A stretch of 63,750 nucleotides of DNA, filler included. It is 4 parts of 4 records of this genome, joined end to end, with 100 filler letters (N's around TTAATTAATTAA, not from the genome) between each part and the next. Parts side by side here need not be neighbours in the genome. Positions count along the whole stretch, not along the records: positions 1 to 31,340 come from SRR20825019_931; 3 more parts are not named here. The stretch is one strand, 5' to 3'. Each line of letters opens with the position of its first letter. Positions within the stretch are counted from its first letter, which is position 1. The translations under genes were made by a program, and so were the position numbers. The notes under the pieces were generated by a model. It saw only the letters and a program-made list of their open reading frames with translations. It was not told the origin of the DNA and did no database searches. Shown here one piece after another: positions 1 to 9,478 of this stretch.

Positions 1-807
1 TTCCATTTGTTCAAACTCACGCATTCTAAATATAAACTGTCTTGCAACAATTTCGTTTCTAAAGGCTTTTCCTGTTTGCGCAATACCAAACGGAATCTTC
101 ATGCGCCCAGACTTCTGTACATTTAAAAAGTTTACAAATATACCTTGTGCTGTTTCTGGTCTTAGGTATAAGTCTGTAGCCGTTTCTGCATCTGCGCCTA
201 ACTTTGTGCCAAACATAAGGTTAAACTGTCTTACGTCTGTCCAGTTTTTAGATCCCGAAGCAGGACAAGCAATGCCAAGCTCTTCGATTAAAAGCTTTAC
301 ATCTGCTAAGTCTCCATCTGTTAAGGACTTTGCAAGGCGTTCTAAAATTTCTTTCTGTTCTTGTCTGTATCTTAATACGCGTGGGTTTGTTGTTACAAAC
401 TCTTCTTCATTAAAAGCATCACCAAAACGTTTCTTAGCTTTTGCAATTTCTTTTTCGGCTTTTTGGTGTATTTTTTCTGCGTAATCTTCAACTAAAACAT
501 CTGCACGGTAACGTTTTTTAGAGTCTTTGTTGTCTATCAAAGGATCGTTAAATGCATCTACGTGACCAGAAGCCTTCCAGGTAGTTGGGTGCATAAGTAT
601 AGCAGCGTCTAAACCTACAATGTTTTGATGCATTTGTACCATACTCTTCCACCAGTATTCTCTGATGTTTTTCTTTAGTTCAACTCCATTTTGACCATAG
701 TCATAAACAGCGTTTAAACCATCATATATTTCGCTTGAACTAAAAATATACCCATACTCTTTAGCATGAGAAATTACATTCTTAAATGTTGTGTCTTGGT
801 TTGCCAT
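1..807 (-). CDS. glyQS: Glycine--tRNA ligase (alpha2 type), N-terminal part, cut by the window edge
   Basis: Not in the ORF track; manual translation from ATG at 807 gives MANQDTTFKNVISHAKEYGYIFSSSEIYDGLNAVYDYGQNGVELKKN...HPTTWKASGHVDAF...FNLMF...YLRPETAQGIF, class II GlyRS motifs. Confidence 0.95.
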   Translation of the reverse strand, partial: MANQDTTFKNVISHAKEYGYIFSSSEIYDGLNAVYDYGQNGVELKKNIREYWWKSMVQMHQNIVGLDAAILMHPTTWKASGHVDAFNDPLIDNKDSKKRYRADVLVEDYAEKIHQKAEKEIAKAKKRFGDAFNEEEFVTTNPRVLRYRQEQKEILERLAKSLTDGDLADVKLLIEELGIACPASGSKNWTDVRQFNLMFGTKLGADAETATDLYLRPETAQGIFVNFLNVQKSGRMKIPFGIAQTGKAFRNEIVARQFIFRMREFEQME

Positions 808-811
808 AGCG

Positions 812-819
812 CAAAAATA
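812..819 (-). promoter_or_regulatory. Bacteroidota housekeeping sigma -7 element (TATTTTTG) for glyQS
   Basis: Matches TAnnTTTG, 4 nt upstream of the ATG. Confidence 0.65.
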
Positions 820-874
820 GAAAGTTGATTATAAATACAATTCTGAAACCTTGAATATTTCAGAGATGGATAGA

Positions 875-1759
875 TTATTTTAATGTAAAGGAAGTTGTTG
901 CCAGTAAATCTGCATCCTGAAAAATATTAACCTGATAAACGCCAGAGATAATGTTATTCTCATCTGCATCAACAAGAATACAAATGTCTAACTCTTCATT
1001 TTCATAAAATACTTTAGTAGTAGCACTGTACATAAGAACTTTTTCTTCAAACATTTCTTGTTTGTTATCTCCAATAAGGTTGTTCTTAGGGTTTATAATT
1101 TGTGCGTATAATTTCTTTTCGCCAGGTTCTGCTATTAGGTTTTTAGCAATAGTAAAGCAGGTTCTTATTTTATCTGCTCTGCGATGCCTTTTTGTGTTAG
1201 CAATATCACCAGAGTTTTTAATGATAACACCTTCTGCAGATAATTTTGTAAGCTGCATTTTAGAACCAGCAGCAACTTTTTCGTTTAAAATTTCATTTTG
1301 CTGTACTAAAGAGTCAGTTAGTACAATGCGTTCTTTAAGTACAGAGTTTGTACTGTCTACAGCTGTTGCTAATCTTTGGTTTTGTCTGCTTAAGCTGTCA
1401 ACAGTTTTAAATAGTTTATCCTTTTCTCGTTCTAGTTTTTTAATTTGAGATCTAAAGCGACTAATAGCTGCATAATTTGTGTTATCTAATCCTTTAATGG
1501 AATCTAACAGACGCTCAATGCGCTGCTTAGCTTCATAAAGGTCTTTGGCCATGACATCATTCTTTGAAATTGCAGTATCGTATTTAATGATAAGTTCGCT
1601 AAGGTCTGACTCAAGATCTGCTTTTTCATTTTCCAGCCTAGAAATTGTTTGCTGGTTTTCATTGTAAAACTTCATGGTATAAACACCAAGTGCAATTATT
1701 CCTATAGTGAGTACCGCAGTAAGTATTTTTAATGCCTTGCTGTTCTTTTCTTCAGTCAT
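875..1759 (-). CDS. Membrane-anchored coiled-coil protein with C-terminal beta domain, function unknown
   Basis: N-terminal TM helix, long heptad region, no Walker A motif. Confidence 0.75.
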   Translation of the reverse strand: MTEEKNSKALKILTAVLTIGIIALGVYTMKFYNENQQTISRLENEKADLESDLSELIIKYDTAISKNDVMAKDLYEAKQRIERLLDSIKGLDNTNYAAISRFRSQIKKLEREKDKLFKTVDSLSRQNQRLATAVDSTNSVLKERIVLTDSLVQQNEILNEKVAAGSKMQLTKLSAEGVIIKNSGDIANTKRHRRADKIRTCFTIAKNLIAEPGEKKLYAQIINPKNNLIGDNKQEMFEEKVLMYSATTKVFYENEELDICILVDADENNIISGVYQVNIFQDADLLATTSFTLK

Positions 1760-1830
1760 TTATGATGATGGTTGCTTTATTAGGATGCTAAAAGTAATGA
1801 ATTTAAGGTAAAGTTGTATTATTGTTATTG

Positions 1831-2511
1831 ATGATAAACGATTTTATTCAGCTTTTATTTCCTGATGCATGTGTGGTCTGTAATGCAACTTTGCCTAAAG
1901 ACCTTAATACGTTGTGTGTGGCGTGTAGTGACGACCTTCCTGAAGCTCCAATGTTTTACAATAGTCCAACTCAGGTTGAGAAAATGTTTTATGGAAGACT
2001 ACCTTTGGAACATGGAGTTTCACTTTTAACCTTTGAGAAAAAAGGAACAACTCAAAAGTTAATGCATCAGCTTAAGTACAGAGGTGATGAACAAATTAGC
2101 GAATACTTAGGTAAATGGATGGCTCAAAAGCTTTTAAAAACAGAATGGCACAAGACAATAACTGCAGTGGTTCCTGTACCAATACATCCTAAACGTAAAA
2201 AGAAAAGAGGTTACAATCAAGTTACATTATTTGGAAAAGCTATAGCATCTGCGTTAAACGTTCCTTACGAAGATCAAATTTTAATAAAAACAGGAATTAC
2301 TAAGACTCAGGTGTTTAAAAAAAGAATTGCACGTTGGGGACAATTGGATAACACCTTAACAATTAATGATTTAAATGCTTTAAAAGGACAGCACGTACTT
2401 TTAGTAGATGATATTATTACAACGGGTGCTACTATTGAAGCTTGTGGTGCTAAACTTTTAGAAACAGAAAACTTAAAACTTAGTGTGGCTACTATGGCAA
2501 TTACATTATGA
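1831..2511 (+). CDS. comF: ComF family phosphoribosyltransferase-like protein
   Basis: CxxC...CxxC zinc motif, RGYNQ, LLVDDIITTGAT PRT motif. Confidence 0.92.
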   Translation: MINDFIQLLFPDACVVCNATLPKDLNTLCVACSDDLPEAPMFYNSPTQVEKMFYGRLPLEHGVSLLTFEKKGTTQKLMHQLKYRGDEQISEYLGKWMAQKLLKTEWHKTITAVVPVPIHPKRKKKRGYNQVTLFGKAIASALNVPYEDQILIKTGITKTQVFKKRIARWGQLDNTLTINDLNALKGQHVLLVDDIITTGATIEACGAKLLETENLKLSVATMAITL

Positions 2512-2568
2512 CATCTCAAAATAGATAGTTAAAAAATGCGTTTCTTTGTCATGTATATTTACACGATT

Positions 2569-4182
2569 ATGAGCGTTTTTTTTAGGTTTATTTTTACGGT
2601 TGTTTTGTTGTCTGCTGTGTTAGTTTCATGTGCTAAACGTGGCTCGCCGTCTGGTGGAGATAAAGATGAGACACCTCCCAAGTTTGTGAAGGCAAATCCA
2701 GAACCGTTTACCACAAACTTTAATGAAGATGAAATTAGAATATTTTTTAATGAATATGTTAAGCTTAAAAACTCTCAACAGCAAATAATAATTTCTCCAC
2801 CAATAGATCCTGCACCATATATTACTCCTTTAGGTAGTCCTAATAAAGTTGTTAAGATTAAATTTAATGACTCTGTCTTAAAACCAAATACAACGTACAC
2901 GGTAAATTTTGGCAGAAGTATAGAAGACAATAATGAAGGTAATCCGCTTGAGTTTTTTAAATACGTTTTTTCAACAGGAGCTTATATAGATTCATTAAAG
3001 CTTGAAGGCTCTGTTAAAGATGCATTTAAAAGAGTGCCAGAACAATTTATTACAGTTGCTTTATATGAGCTTAATGAAAACTACAAAGACTCTATTATTT
3101 ATAATGAAATACCACGTTATATAACCAACACGTTAGACAGTGCAACAACATTTCAATTTGAAAATCTTAAAGAAGGCACCTATAAATTAGTAGCGTTTAA
3201 GGACAATAACAACAATTATAAATTTGAACCTAAAGTAGATAAGGTCGCATATTTACAAGACACTATAACTTTACCTACAGATAAAACCTATGAACTAACC
3301 GTTTTTAAAGAAGAACTCGATTTAAAATTTTTGAAACCTAAACAAATAGGGAAGCAACATGTACTTTTTGGTTATGAAGGTAGACCAAGCAATACTAATA
3401 TTACATTGCTAACAGATACACCTGATAATTTTGAATATAGAGTATTAAAAGATAGAACTACAGACTCCTTACATTATTGGTTTAAACCCTTTTTAGAAGA
3501 AACAGATAGTTTGGTGTTTAAGGTTGAAAGCGGCACATATAATGATACGTTAATTACTCGATTTAAAGATCAGTTTGCAGATACTTTAGAAATAGCAAAA
3601 GCCGATAAAATAAATATATTATTAAACAAAGCTTTTACAGTAAGTGGCAATACGCCTTTAGCTTTAATAAATCCAGAGTTAATCTCTGTTGTAGATAAAG
3701 ACACTTTAAACATACCTTTTGAAGCTTCTCTGGATACAATAAAGAATACTGTAAATGTAAATTTTGAACCTACAGAAAGTAATAGATACCAGATAACATT
3801 TCTACCTGAGGCTATAACAGATTTTTTTAACGCTACTAATGATAGTTTAAGTTATAGTGTGCCAACAAAAGAATTTTCAGATTATGGCGATTTATTCTTA
3901 ACCGTTCAGAATGTAAAATCTTATCCAATAATTGCTCAGCTTTTAAACAATAAAGGTGAAGTTATTTATGAAAAATATAAAGAGACAGAAAGCGTTTTCG
4001 AGTTTACTAAAATAGACCCTAAAAAGTATTTTATTAGAATTATTTACGACACAAACGCTAACGGTTATTGGGATACCGGAAGTTATTTAGATAAAAGACA
4101 GCCAGAACCCGTAGTATTTTATCCTGAAGAGATTGAAATTAGAGCAAATAGTGAAATTTACCAGACGTTTATTTTAAAGTAA
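2569..4182 (+). CDS. Ig-like (Big_5-type) domain lipoprotein
   Basis: Lipobox LVSC followed by AKRGSPSGGDKDETPP; C-terminal DxNxNGxWDxG motif. Confidence 0.8.
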   Translation: MSVFFRFIFTVVLLSAVLVSCAKRGSPSGGDKDETPPKFVKANPEPFTTNFNEDEIRIFFNEYVKLKNSQQQIIISPPIDPAPYITPLGSPNKVVKIKFNDSVLKPNTTYTVNFGRSIEDNNEGNPLEFFKYVFSTGAYIDSLKLEGSVKDAFKRVPEQFITVALYELNENYKDSIIYNEIPRYITNTLDSATTFQFENLKEGTYKLVAFKDNNNNYKFEPKVDKVAYLQDTITLPTDKTYELTVFKEELDLKFLKPKQIGKQHVLFGYEGRPSNTNITLLTDTPDNFEYRVLKDRTTDSLHYWFKPFLEETDSLVFKVESGTYNDTLITRFKDQFADTLEIAKADKINILLNKAFTVSGNTPLALINPELISVVDKDTLNIPFEASLDTIKNTVNVNFEPTESNRYQITFLPEAITDFFNATNDSLSYSVPTKEFSDYGDLFLTVQNVKSYPIIAQLLNNKGEVIYEKYKETESVFEFTKIDPKKYFIRIIYDTNANGYWDTGSYLDKRQPEPVVFYPEEIEIRANSEIYQTFILK

Positions 4183-4945
4183 ACGCATCTCTGTCCTGTA
4201 AAAACTTTAAATGAGATCTAGTCTTATTTATATGAGACTTTTCTAAGGTTACTGTTTGCAACAAGTCTGTCTCTAGTTCTTCTGATGATACTAGTTCACC
4301 TAGTGTATTGTAAACAGCTGAATGTCCAATATATTCATAGCCATTGCCGTCTAGGCCTATTCTATTTACACCTATGCAGTAACTAATATTTTCTATTGCT
4401 CTAGCTTTTAAAAGTGTATCCCAAGCGTGCGTTCTTATCTTAGGCCAATTGGCAACATAAATTAAAGCATCATAATCTTCTGTATTTCTTGCCCAAACAG
4501 GAAACCTTAAATCATAACACACCAACGGACAAATTTTCCACCCTAAATACTCAACAATTAAGCGTTCTTTACCAGCATTATAAGTATGGTGCTCATTAGC
4601 AAGAGTAAATAAATGCTTTTTGTCATAGGTTTTAAAGCTGCCATCTGGGTATACAAAATAAAGTCTGTTGTAATAGTTCCCATTTTCATTTACAGCAACA
4701 CTGCCAGTAATAGCAGCGTTTATTCTTTTTGCCCATTGTTGTAGCCAAGCTAAAGTTTCACCTTCAGAAATTTCTGAAGCCTGTTCTGCATTCATAGTAA
4801 AGCCAGTAGTAAACATTTCTGGCAACACCACTAAATGTGTGTCTTTTAAACTTTTTAAAAGCGTATCAAAATGAGAACGGTTCTCAATTGGGTTTTCCCA
4901 AGCTAAATGGGTTTGTATGATGGTAACATTTAGGGAGTCTTGCAC
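4169..4945 (-). CDS. Nitrilase-family amidohydrolase (YafV/omega-amidase-like)
   Basis: LPEMF, YDKKHLF, VCYDLRFP (E-K-C triad). Confidence 0.92.
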   Translation of the reverse strand: MQDSLNVTIIQTHLAWENPIENRSHFDTLLKSLKDTHLVVLPEMFTTGFTMNAEQASEISEGETLAWLQQWAKRINAAITGSVAVNENGNYYNRLYFVYPDGSFKTYDKKHLFTLANEHHTYNAGKERLIVEYLGWKICPLVCYDLRFPVWARNTEDYDALIYVANWPKIRTHAWDTLLKARAIENISYCIGVNRIGLDGNGYEYIGHSAVYNTLGELVSSEELETDLLQTVTLEKSHINKTRSHLKFLQDRDAFTLK

Positions 4946-4995
4946 AGCACAAGTGTTTTTAAATTCAGTTTAAATATAATAAACTAAAAACACTA

Positions 4996-6927
4996 TTAAC
5001 TAAATTGCTCTAGCTCTAGTTGTATTGTTTCCCAATCTTGCATGTAGGTGGTTAGTTTTTTCTTTTTTGCCTGGTAGTTGTCAAAGAAATTATCTTGAGC
5101 AATGGTTTTGTCGTAATTAAGCTCTAGTTCAAGATCTATAGCTTTAATTTCTTTCTCTAATTGGTTAATATTCTTTTCAACCTTGCTTAGTCTGTTAGAA
5201 AGCGACTTTACCTTTTTTTGGTCTTCGTAAGATTGTTTGTTGTCTTGAGAAGCAGTAGTATCATCTGTATTTTTAGAAGCTGTAGGTTGCTTGTCTCTTT
5301 TTTCGACAGCACGCATATCCTCAACCTTTCGTTCACTTAAGTAATAGTCTATATCTCCTAGGTATTCTTTTATCCTATGATCTTTAAACTCATAGATAGA
5401 AGATGTGAGTCCTTGCAAAAAGTCTCTATCGTGAGAAACTAAAAGTAACGTGCCTTCAAAATTTTCTAAAGCATCTTTTAAAACATTCTTAGATTTAATG
5501 TCTAAGTGGTTTGTTGGCTCATCCATAACCAAGACATTAAATGGTGATAAAAGCATTTTGGCTAATGCTAGCCTGTTACGTTCACCTCCAGAAAGTACAC
5601 GAACGTATTTATCTACTTCTTCACCTCTAAATAAGAATGACCCTAAAATGTCTCTTACTTTGGTACGGTTCTTTTCATTAGCAGCATCTTCCATAGTTTG
5701 GAGTACTGTTTTAGTGCCGTCTAAATAATCTGCTTGGTTTTGGGCAAAATATCCTATCTGTACATTATGTCCAAGCTTTAAATGACCCTGATGAGAAATC
5801 TCATCGACTATAATTTTTGCTAATGTGGTTTTTCCTTGTCCGTTTTGACCTACAAATGCTATTTTACTTTCACGCTCTACAAGTAAATCTATATTCTTAA
5901 GTACCTGTTTGTCGCCGTAACTTTTTGAAATGCCTTCTGCTTCAATTACAACTTTTCCTGGTCTTACAGATACAGGGAAGCTAACAGTCATAACAGAGTT
6001 GTCATCTTCATCTACCTCAATACGCTCAACCTTGTCTAATTTTTTAATTAGAGATTGTGCCATTGTAGCTTTAGATGCTTTTGCTCTAAATTTTTCAATT
6101 AGCTTTTCGGTGTGCTCAATTTGTTTTTGTTGGTTTTTTTGAGTGGCCAACTGTTGTTCACGTAACTCTTTACGTTGTACTAAGTATTTTGAATAGTAGG
6201 TATTGTAGTCGTAAATCTTACCTAAAGATATTTCAATAGTCCTATTAGTTACATTATCTAAAAACATCTTATCGTGAGAGACTACGACCGCAGCTCCAGA
6301 AAATTGTTTTAAGAAAGATTCAAACCATAGAATACTTTCTATATCTAAGTGGTTTGTAGGCTCATCCAGAAGCATGATGTCATGGTTTTGCAATAAGAGC
6401 TTTGCCAGCTCTATGCGCATACGCCAACCTCCAGAAAACGTGTCTGTTTTTTTGTTGAAATCTTCCCGTTTAAATCCTAATCCTTGTAAGATGCGCTCTG
6501 TATCTCCTTGATAATTATAACCACCAATTATTTCATATTGATGTTGTATATCATTAAGATCTATCATTAACTGCTCGTAACCTTGACTTTCGTAATCTGT
6601 ACGTTCAGCGAGCTGTGTGTTAATGTCGTCTATTTGTTTTTCGAGGCGCTTTATCTCTTCAAAAGCTTGATAAGCCTCTTCTAATACAGTTCGGCCTTCT
6701 ACAAAATCTATATCCTGTCTAAGAAACCCAATGCTTATGTCTTTCTCAATTGCAATTTGACCAGTGTCTGGTTCTAAATCTTTTGATAAGATTTTGAGCA
6801 TTGTAGATTTTCCGGCGCCATTTTTACCAACTAAACCAACGCGATCTCCCGCATTAAGCCTAAAAGTTATGTCCTCGAAAAGGAATTCGCCTTGAAATGA
6901 TATAGATAATTCGTGAATGTTAAGCAT
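4996..6927 (-). CDS. ABC-F family ATP-binding protein
   Basis: Two ABC domains (GKNGAGKST, FSGGWRMR, GQNGQGKT, LSGGE, DEPTNHLD twice), no TM segments, C-terminal coiled coil. Confidence 0.95.
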   Translation of the reverse strand: MLNIHELSISFQGEFLFEDITFRLNAGDRVGLVGKNGAGKSTMLKILSKDLEPDTGQIAIEKDISIGFLRQDIDFVEGRTVLEEAYQAFEEIKRLEKQIDDINTQLAERTDYESQGYEQLMIDLNDIQHQYEIIGGYNYQGDTERILQGLGFKREDFNKKTDTFSGGWRMRIELAKLLLQNHDIMLLDEPTNHLDIESILWFESFLKQFSGAAVVVSHDKMFLDNVTNRTIEISLGKIYDYNTYYSKYLVQRKELREQQLATQKNQQKQIEHTEKLIEKFRAKASKATMAQSLIKKLDKVERIEVDEDDNSVMTVSFPVSVRPGKVVIEAEGISKSYGDKQVLKNIDLLVERESKIAFVGQNGQGKTTLAKIIVDEISHQGHLKLGHNVQIGYFAQNQADYLDGTKTVLQTMEDAANEKNRTKVRDILGSFLFRGEEVDKYVRVLSGGERNRLALAKMLLSPFNVLVMDEPTNHLDIKSKNVLKDALENFEGTLLLVSHDRDFLQGLTSSIYEFKDHRIKEYLGDIDYYLSERKVEDMRAVEKRDKQPTASKNTDDTTASQDNKQSYEDQKKVKSLSNRLSKVEKNINQLEKEIKAIDLELELNYDKTIAQDNFFDNYQAKKKKLTTYMQDWETIQLELEQFS

Positions 6928-6971
6928 AGCCGTGCAAAGATGATTATTTTTGTATTGTAAATCAAAAGGGA

Positions 6972-7358
6972 ATGAAACTATTTAAAGGCACAAAGATCTA
7001 TTCTATTTTAGGAGGCGTTTGCCCTGTTTGTCATGAGGAATCTATGTACAAGGAACCTAACCCGTATAAGATTACAAAAATCATGCATATGCACGAGCGT
7101 TGCTCTAATTGTGGTACAAAATATAAAATAGAACCATCCTTTTTTTATGGCGCTATGTATGTAAGTTACCCAGTTGGTATTGCATTTGCAACAGCTGCAT
7201 TTGTAATAGCATATTATATGCTTAACGTAAGTTTACTAAACTCATTCTTTGTAATTGTTGCTACAATGATTGTTTTTATGCCTTTAATAATGCGTTTGTC
7301 TAGAAACATCTGGATTAATTTTTTCTTTAGCTACGATAAACAAAAAGCAAAACACTAA
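6972..7358 (+). CDS. DUF983-like zinc-ribbon membrane protein
   Basis: CPVC...CSNC, EPSFFYGAMYVSY, two TM helices. Confidence 0.8.
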   Translation: MKLFKGTKIYSILGGVCPVCHEESMYKEPNPYKITKIMHMHERCSNCGTKYKIEPSFFYGAMYVSYPVGIAFATAAFVIAYYMLNVSLLNSFFVIVATMIVFMPLIMRLSRNIWINFFFSYDKQKAKH

Positions 7359-7681
7359 TGGATATTAAGATTACCATTATAGATAGAGAAGGTGAAGCTC
7401 ATGTGGTAGATGCGCCTACAGATATGAATATGAATCTTATGGAGGTTTGTAAAATGCATGAATTGCCAGTTGAAGGAACTTGTGGTGGTATGGCAATGTG
7501 TGCTTCTTGCCATTGCTATATCTTAGATAAAGCACACGTCTTACAAGAAAAAAGCTATGATGAAGAAGATATGCTAGATCAAGCATTTTTTGTTGAAGAT
7601 AATAGTAGGTTAGGCTGCCAGATACCTATCACAAAAGAGTTGGATGGTATGGAAATAAAATTGGCACCTCAAGCAGACTAA
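7358..7681 (+). CDS. 2Fe-2S ferredoxin (adrenodoxin type)
   Basis: CGGMAMCASCH...SRLGCQI. Confidence 0.93.
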   Translation: MDIKITIIDREGEAHVVDAPTDMNMNLMEVCKMHELPVEGTCGGMAMCASCHCYILDKAHVLQEKSYDEEDMLDQAFFVEDNSRLGCQIPITKELDGMEIKLAPQAD

Positions 7682-7729
7682 TGTCGTCGGTTTTAAATTC
7701 TGTATTTTTATATCCTTAAAACTAACATT

Positions 7730-8119
7730 ATGGTCTCAATTTTCACTAAAATTATAAATGGAGAAATACCGTCTTACAAAATTGCAGAAGATGAAAATTT
7801 CTTTGCATTTTTAGATATTAACCCAAATGCTAAAGGTCACACACTTTGTATTCCTAAAAAGGAAGTTGATAAAGTTTTCGACTTAGATGAAGAAACGTAC
7901 AATGGGTTAATGTCATTCTCTAGAAAAGTAGCAATTGCTCTTGAAAAAGCTATTAACTGCAAGCGTGTTGGTGTAGCGGTGATAGGGTTGGAGGTTCCTC
8001 ATGTTCATGTACACCTTATACCTTTAAATGATATGAAAGAGATGACCTTTAAACATAAAGTCTCTTTGGAGGAAGATGAGTTTAAAGCTATAGCAGAACG
8101 CATAAGAACTTTCTTGTAA
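7730..8119 (+). CDS. HIT family nucleotide hydrolase
   Basis: SIFTKII, HVHVHLIP histidine triad. Confidence 0.95.
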   Translation: MVSIFTKIINGEIPSYKIAEDENFFAFLDINPNAKGHTLCIPKKEVDKVFDLDEETYNGLMSFSRKVAIALEKAINCKRVGVAVIGLEVPHVHVHLIPLNDMKEMTFKHKVSLEEDEFKAIAERIRTFL

Positions 8120-8532
8120 TGTCTGCTGAAAAATTTCCGTTAACCCTAACCTTAAGGATAGACTGGAGTGAAACAGATGCTTATAAGCATGTAAATAATG
8201 TAACATTCATTAAATACATGCAATCTGCTAGAGTTAATTTCTGGGAAGAAACAGGACTTGCAACTTACCATACAGATACTAATAAAGGACCAATGTTGGT
8301 CTCTACAAAATGTGATTTTAAACAACAATTAACCTATCCAGGAAATGTAATTATTAAAACAAGGGTTACTCATATAGGCACTACAAGTTTTAGTTTAGAA
8401 CACTATATTTTAAATGAATCAAATCAAGTTAGTGCCATAGGTCAAGATGTAGCTGTTTGTTTTGATTTTAATACTCAAAAAACCTTTGAAATTCCAGATT
8501 GGTTGCGTGAAAAGATGGAAGAGTTCTCCTAA
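8119..8532 (+). CDS. Acyl-CoA thioesterase (4HBT/YbgC hotdog fold)
   Basis: ETDAYKHVNN motif. Confidence 0.88.
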   Translation: MSAEKFPLTLTLRIDWSETDAYKHVNNVTFIKYMQSARVNFWEETGLATYHTDTNKGPMLVSTKCDFKQQLTYPGNVIIKTRVTHIGTTSFSLEHYILNESNQVSAIGQDVAVCFDFNTQKTFEIPDWLREKMEEFS

Positions 8533-8547
8533 TTTTCACATTAGAAA

Positions 8548-8663
8548 GTATAACCGTTAGAAACGGGTTAAATTCGCGATTATTTTAGGTTTGTACATAC
8601 TTTAGTAATTACGAGTGGATTCGGGAGTAGTAGAATCCGCTATAATTTCGGTAATACGTTATT
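8548..8663 (-). repeat. Degenerate attC-like palindromic element downstream of the orphan gene
   Basis: Outer imperfect inverted repeat GTATAACCG (8548-8556) / CGGTAATAC (8649-8657); inner hairpin GGATTC (8617-8622) / GAATCC (8633-8638); AAATAAC directly after the stop codon on the minus strand. Confidence 0.5.
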
Positions 8664-9092
8664 TTAACTCAGCCATTTCTTAATCAAATTTGGAATTGTA
8701 AAATCAGAAAAATCGTTATCTAGAACTTTGGGATTTGTTTTTAATAATTTAGAATAATATTCCAAATTTTTATCACCTTGGTCTTTTATTCGAATACTAT
8801 CTCTTATTTTATTTTTAGGATCCAAAAATAATCCGATATTATAAACTTTAAATTCAGAGCTTTTTAGAGCTCTCCATCTTATTTTATCAGGCTCTATTTT
8901 TTTAAAATCAGTTTTTAATTTCACCAGTTTTGTTAGAAATTCATAACCGGGTTCATATGTTATATTGATTATTGATTTTTTTGAAATGTAATCAAAATTT
9001 ACTTCCGGTCCATTAAGATAAATTATTGGACCATAGAAATTATAATCATTAATGAAATTAAAATGTTTCCTTATTTCATTCCAGTTTTCCAT
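8664..9092 (-). CDS. Hypothetical protein, AT-rich, probable gene cassette
   Basis: 142-aa ORF, visibly more AT-rich than neighbours, no recognisable motif. Confidence 0.65.
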   Translation of the reverse strand: MENWNEIRKHFNFINDYNFYGPIIYLNGPEVNFDYISKKSIINITYEPGYEFLTKLVKLKTDFKKIEPDKIRWRALKSSEFKVYNIGLFLDPKNKIRDSIRIKDQGDKNLEYYSKLLKTNPKVLDNDFSDFTIPNLIKKWLS

Positions 9093-9101
9093 TCAAGTGC
9101 A

Positions 9102-9452
9102 TTACACCATAGCAATAAACGCGTAGGCTGCTATACCGCCTAAGGCAACTAAACTTAAGCCAACAGCTATATATAAATTTTTTGAAGGCTTAAAATAAGA
9201 AGGTTTTGGAGGTGATGCTTTTCTTTGGTATTCATAAACGCGCTCAATATCTTCATCCCAATCAACAGGAAAAATTTGCTGATTACATGTATTGCAGAAT
9301 AACGTACTAGTTACTTCGTCTGTACGTTTGTTGTACCACATTGTCTTTAAGTGCTTTTGTTTAAAGGTAACCTGCAGGCCATCTCTTGAAAAACATTTAG
9401 GGCAATGATTATTTAGCGGAGCTTCTCGTAATGTTGAAAATAATTCTTTCAT
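9102..9452 (-). CDS. Hypothetical zinc-ribbon protein with C-terminal TM anchor
   Basis: CPKC...CNTC and hydrophobic C-terminus; directly follows the kinase gene. Confidence 0.75.
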   Translation of the reverse strand: MKELFSTLREAPLNNHCPKCFSRDGLQVTFKQKHLKTMWYNKRTDEVTSTLFCNTCNQQIFPVDWDEDIERVYEYQRKASPPKPSYFKPSKNLYIAVGLSLVALGGIAAYAFIAMV

Positions 9453-9478
9453 AGCTGTTAACTGCAACAATAGTTGAC

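Noticed and set aside
101-484. 127-aa plus-strand ORF
   Set aside because: Antisense shadow of glyQS
875-1759. ParA/SMC-like partition protein
   Set aside because: No Walker A or ATPase motifs; only a TM helix and coiled coil
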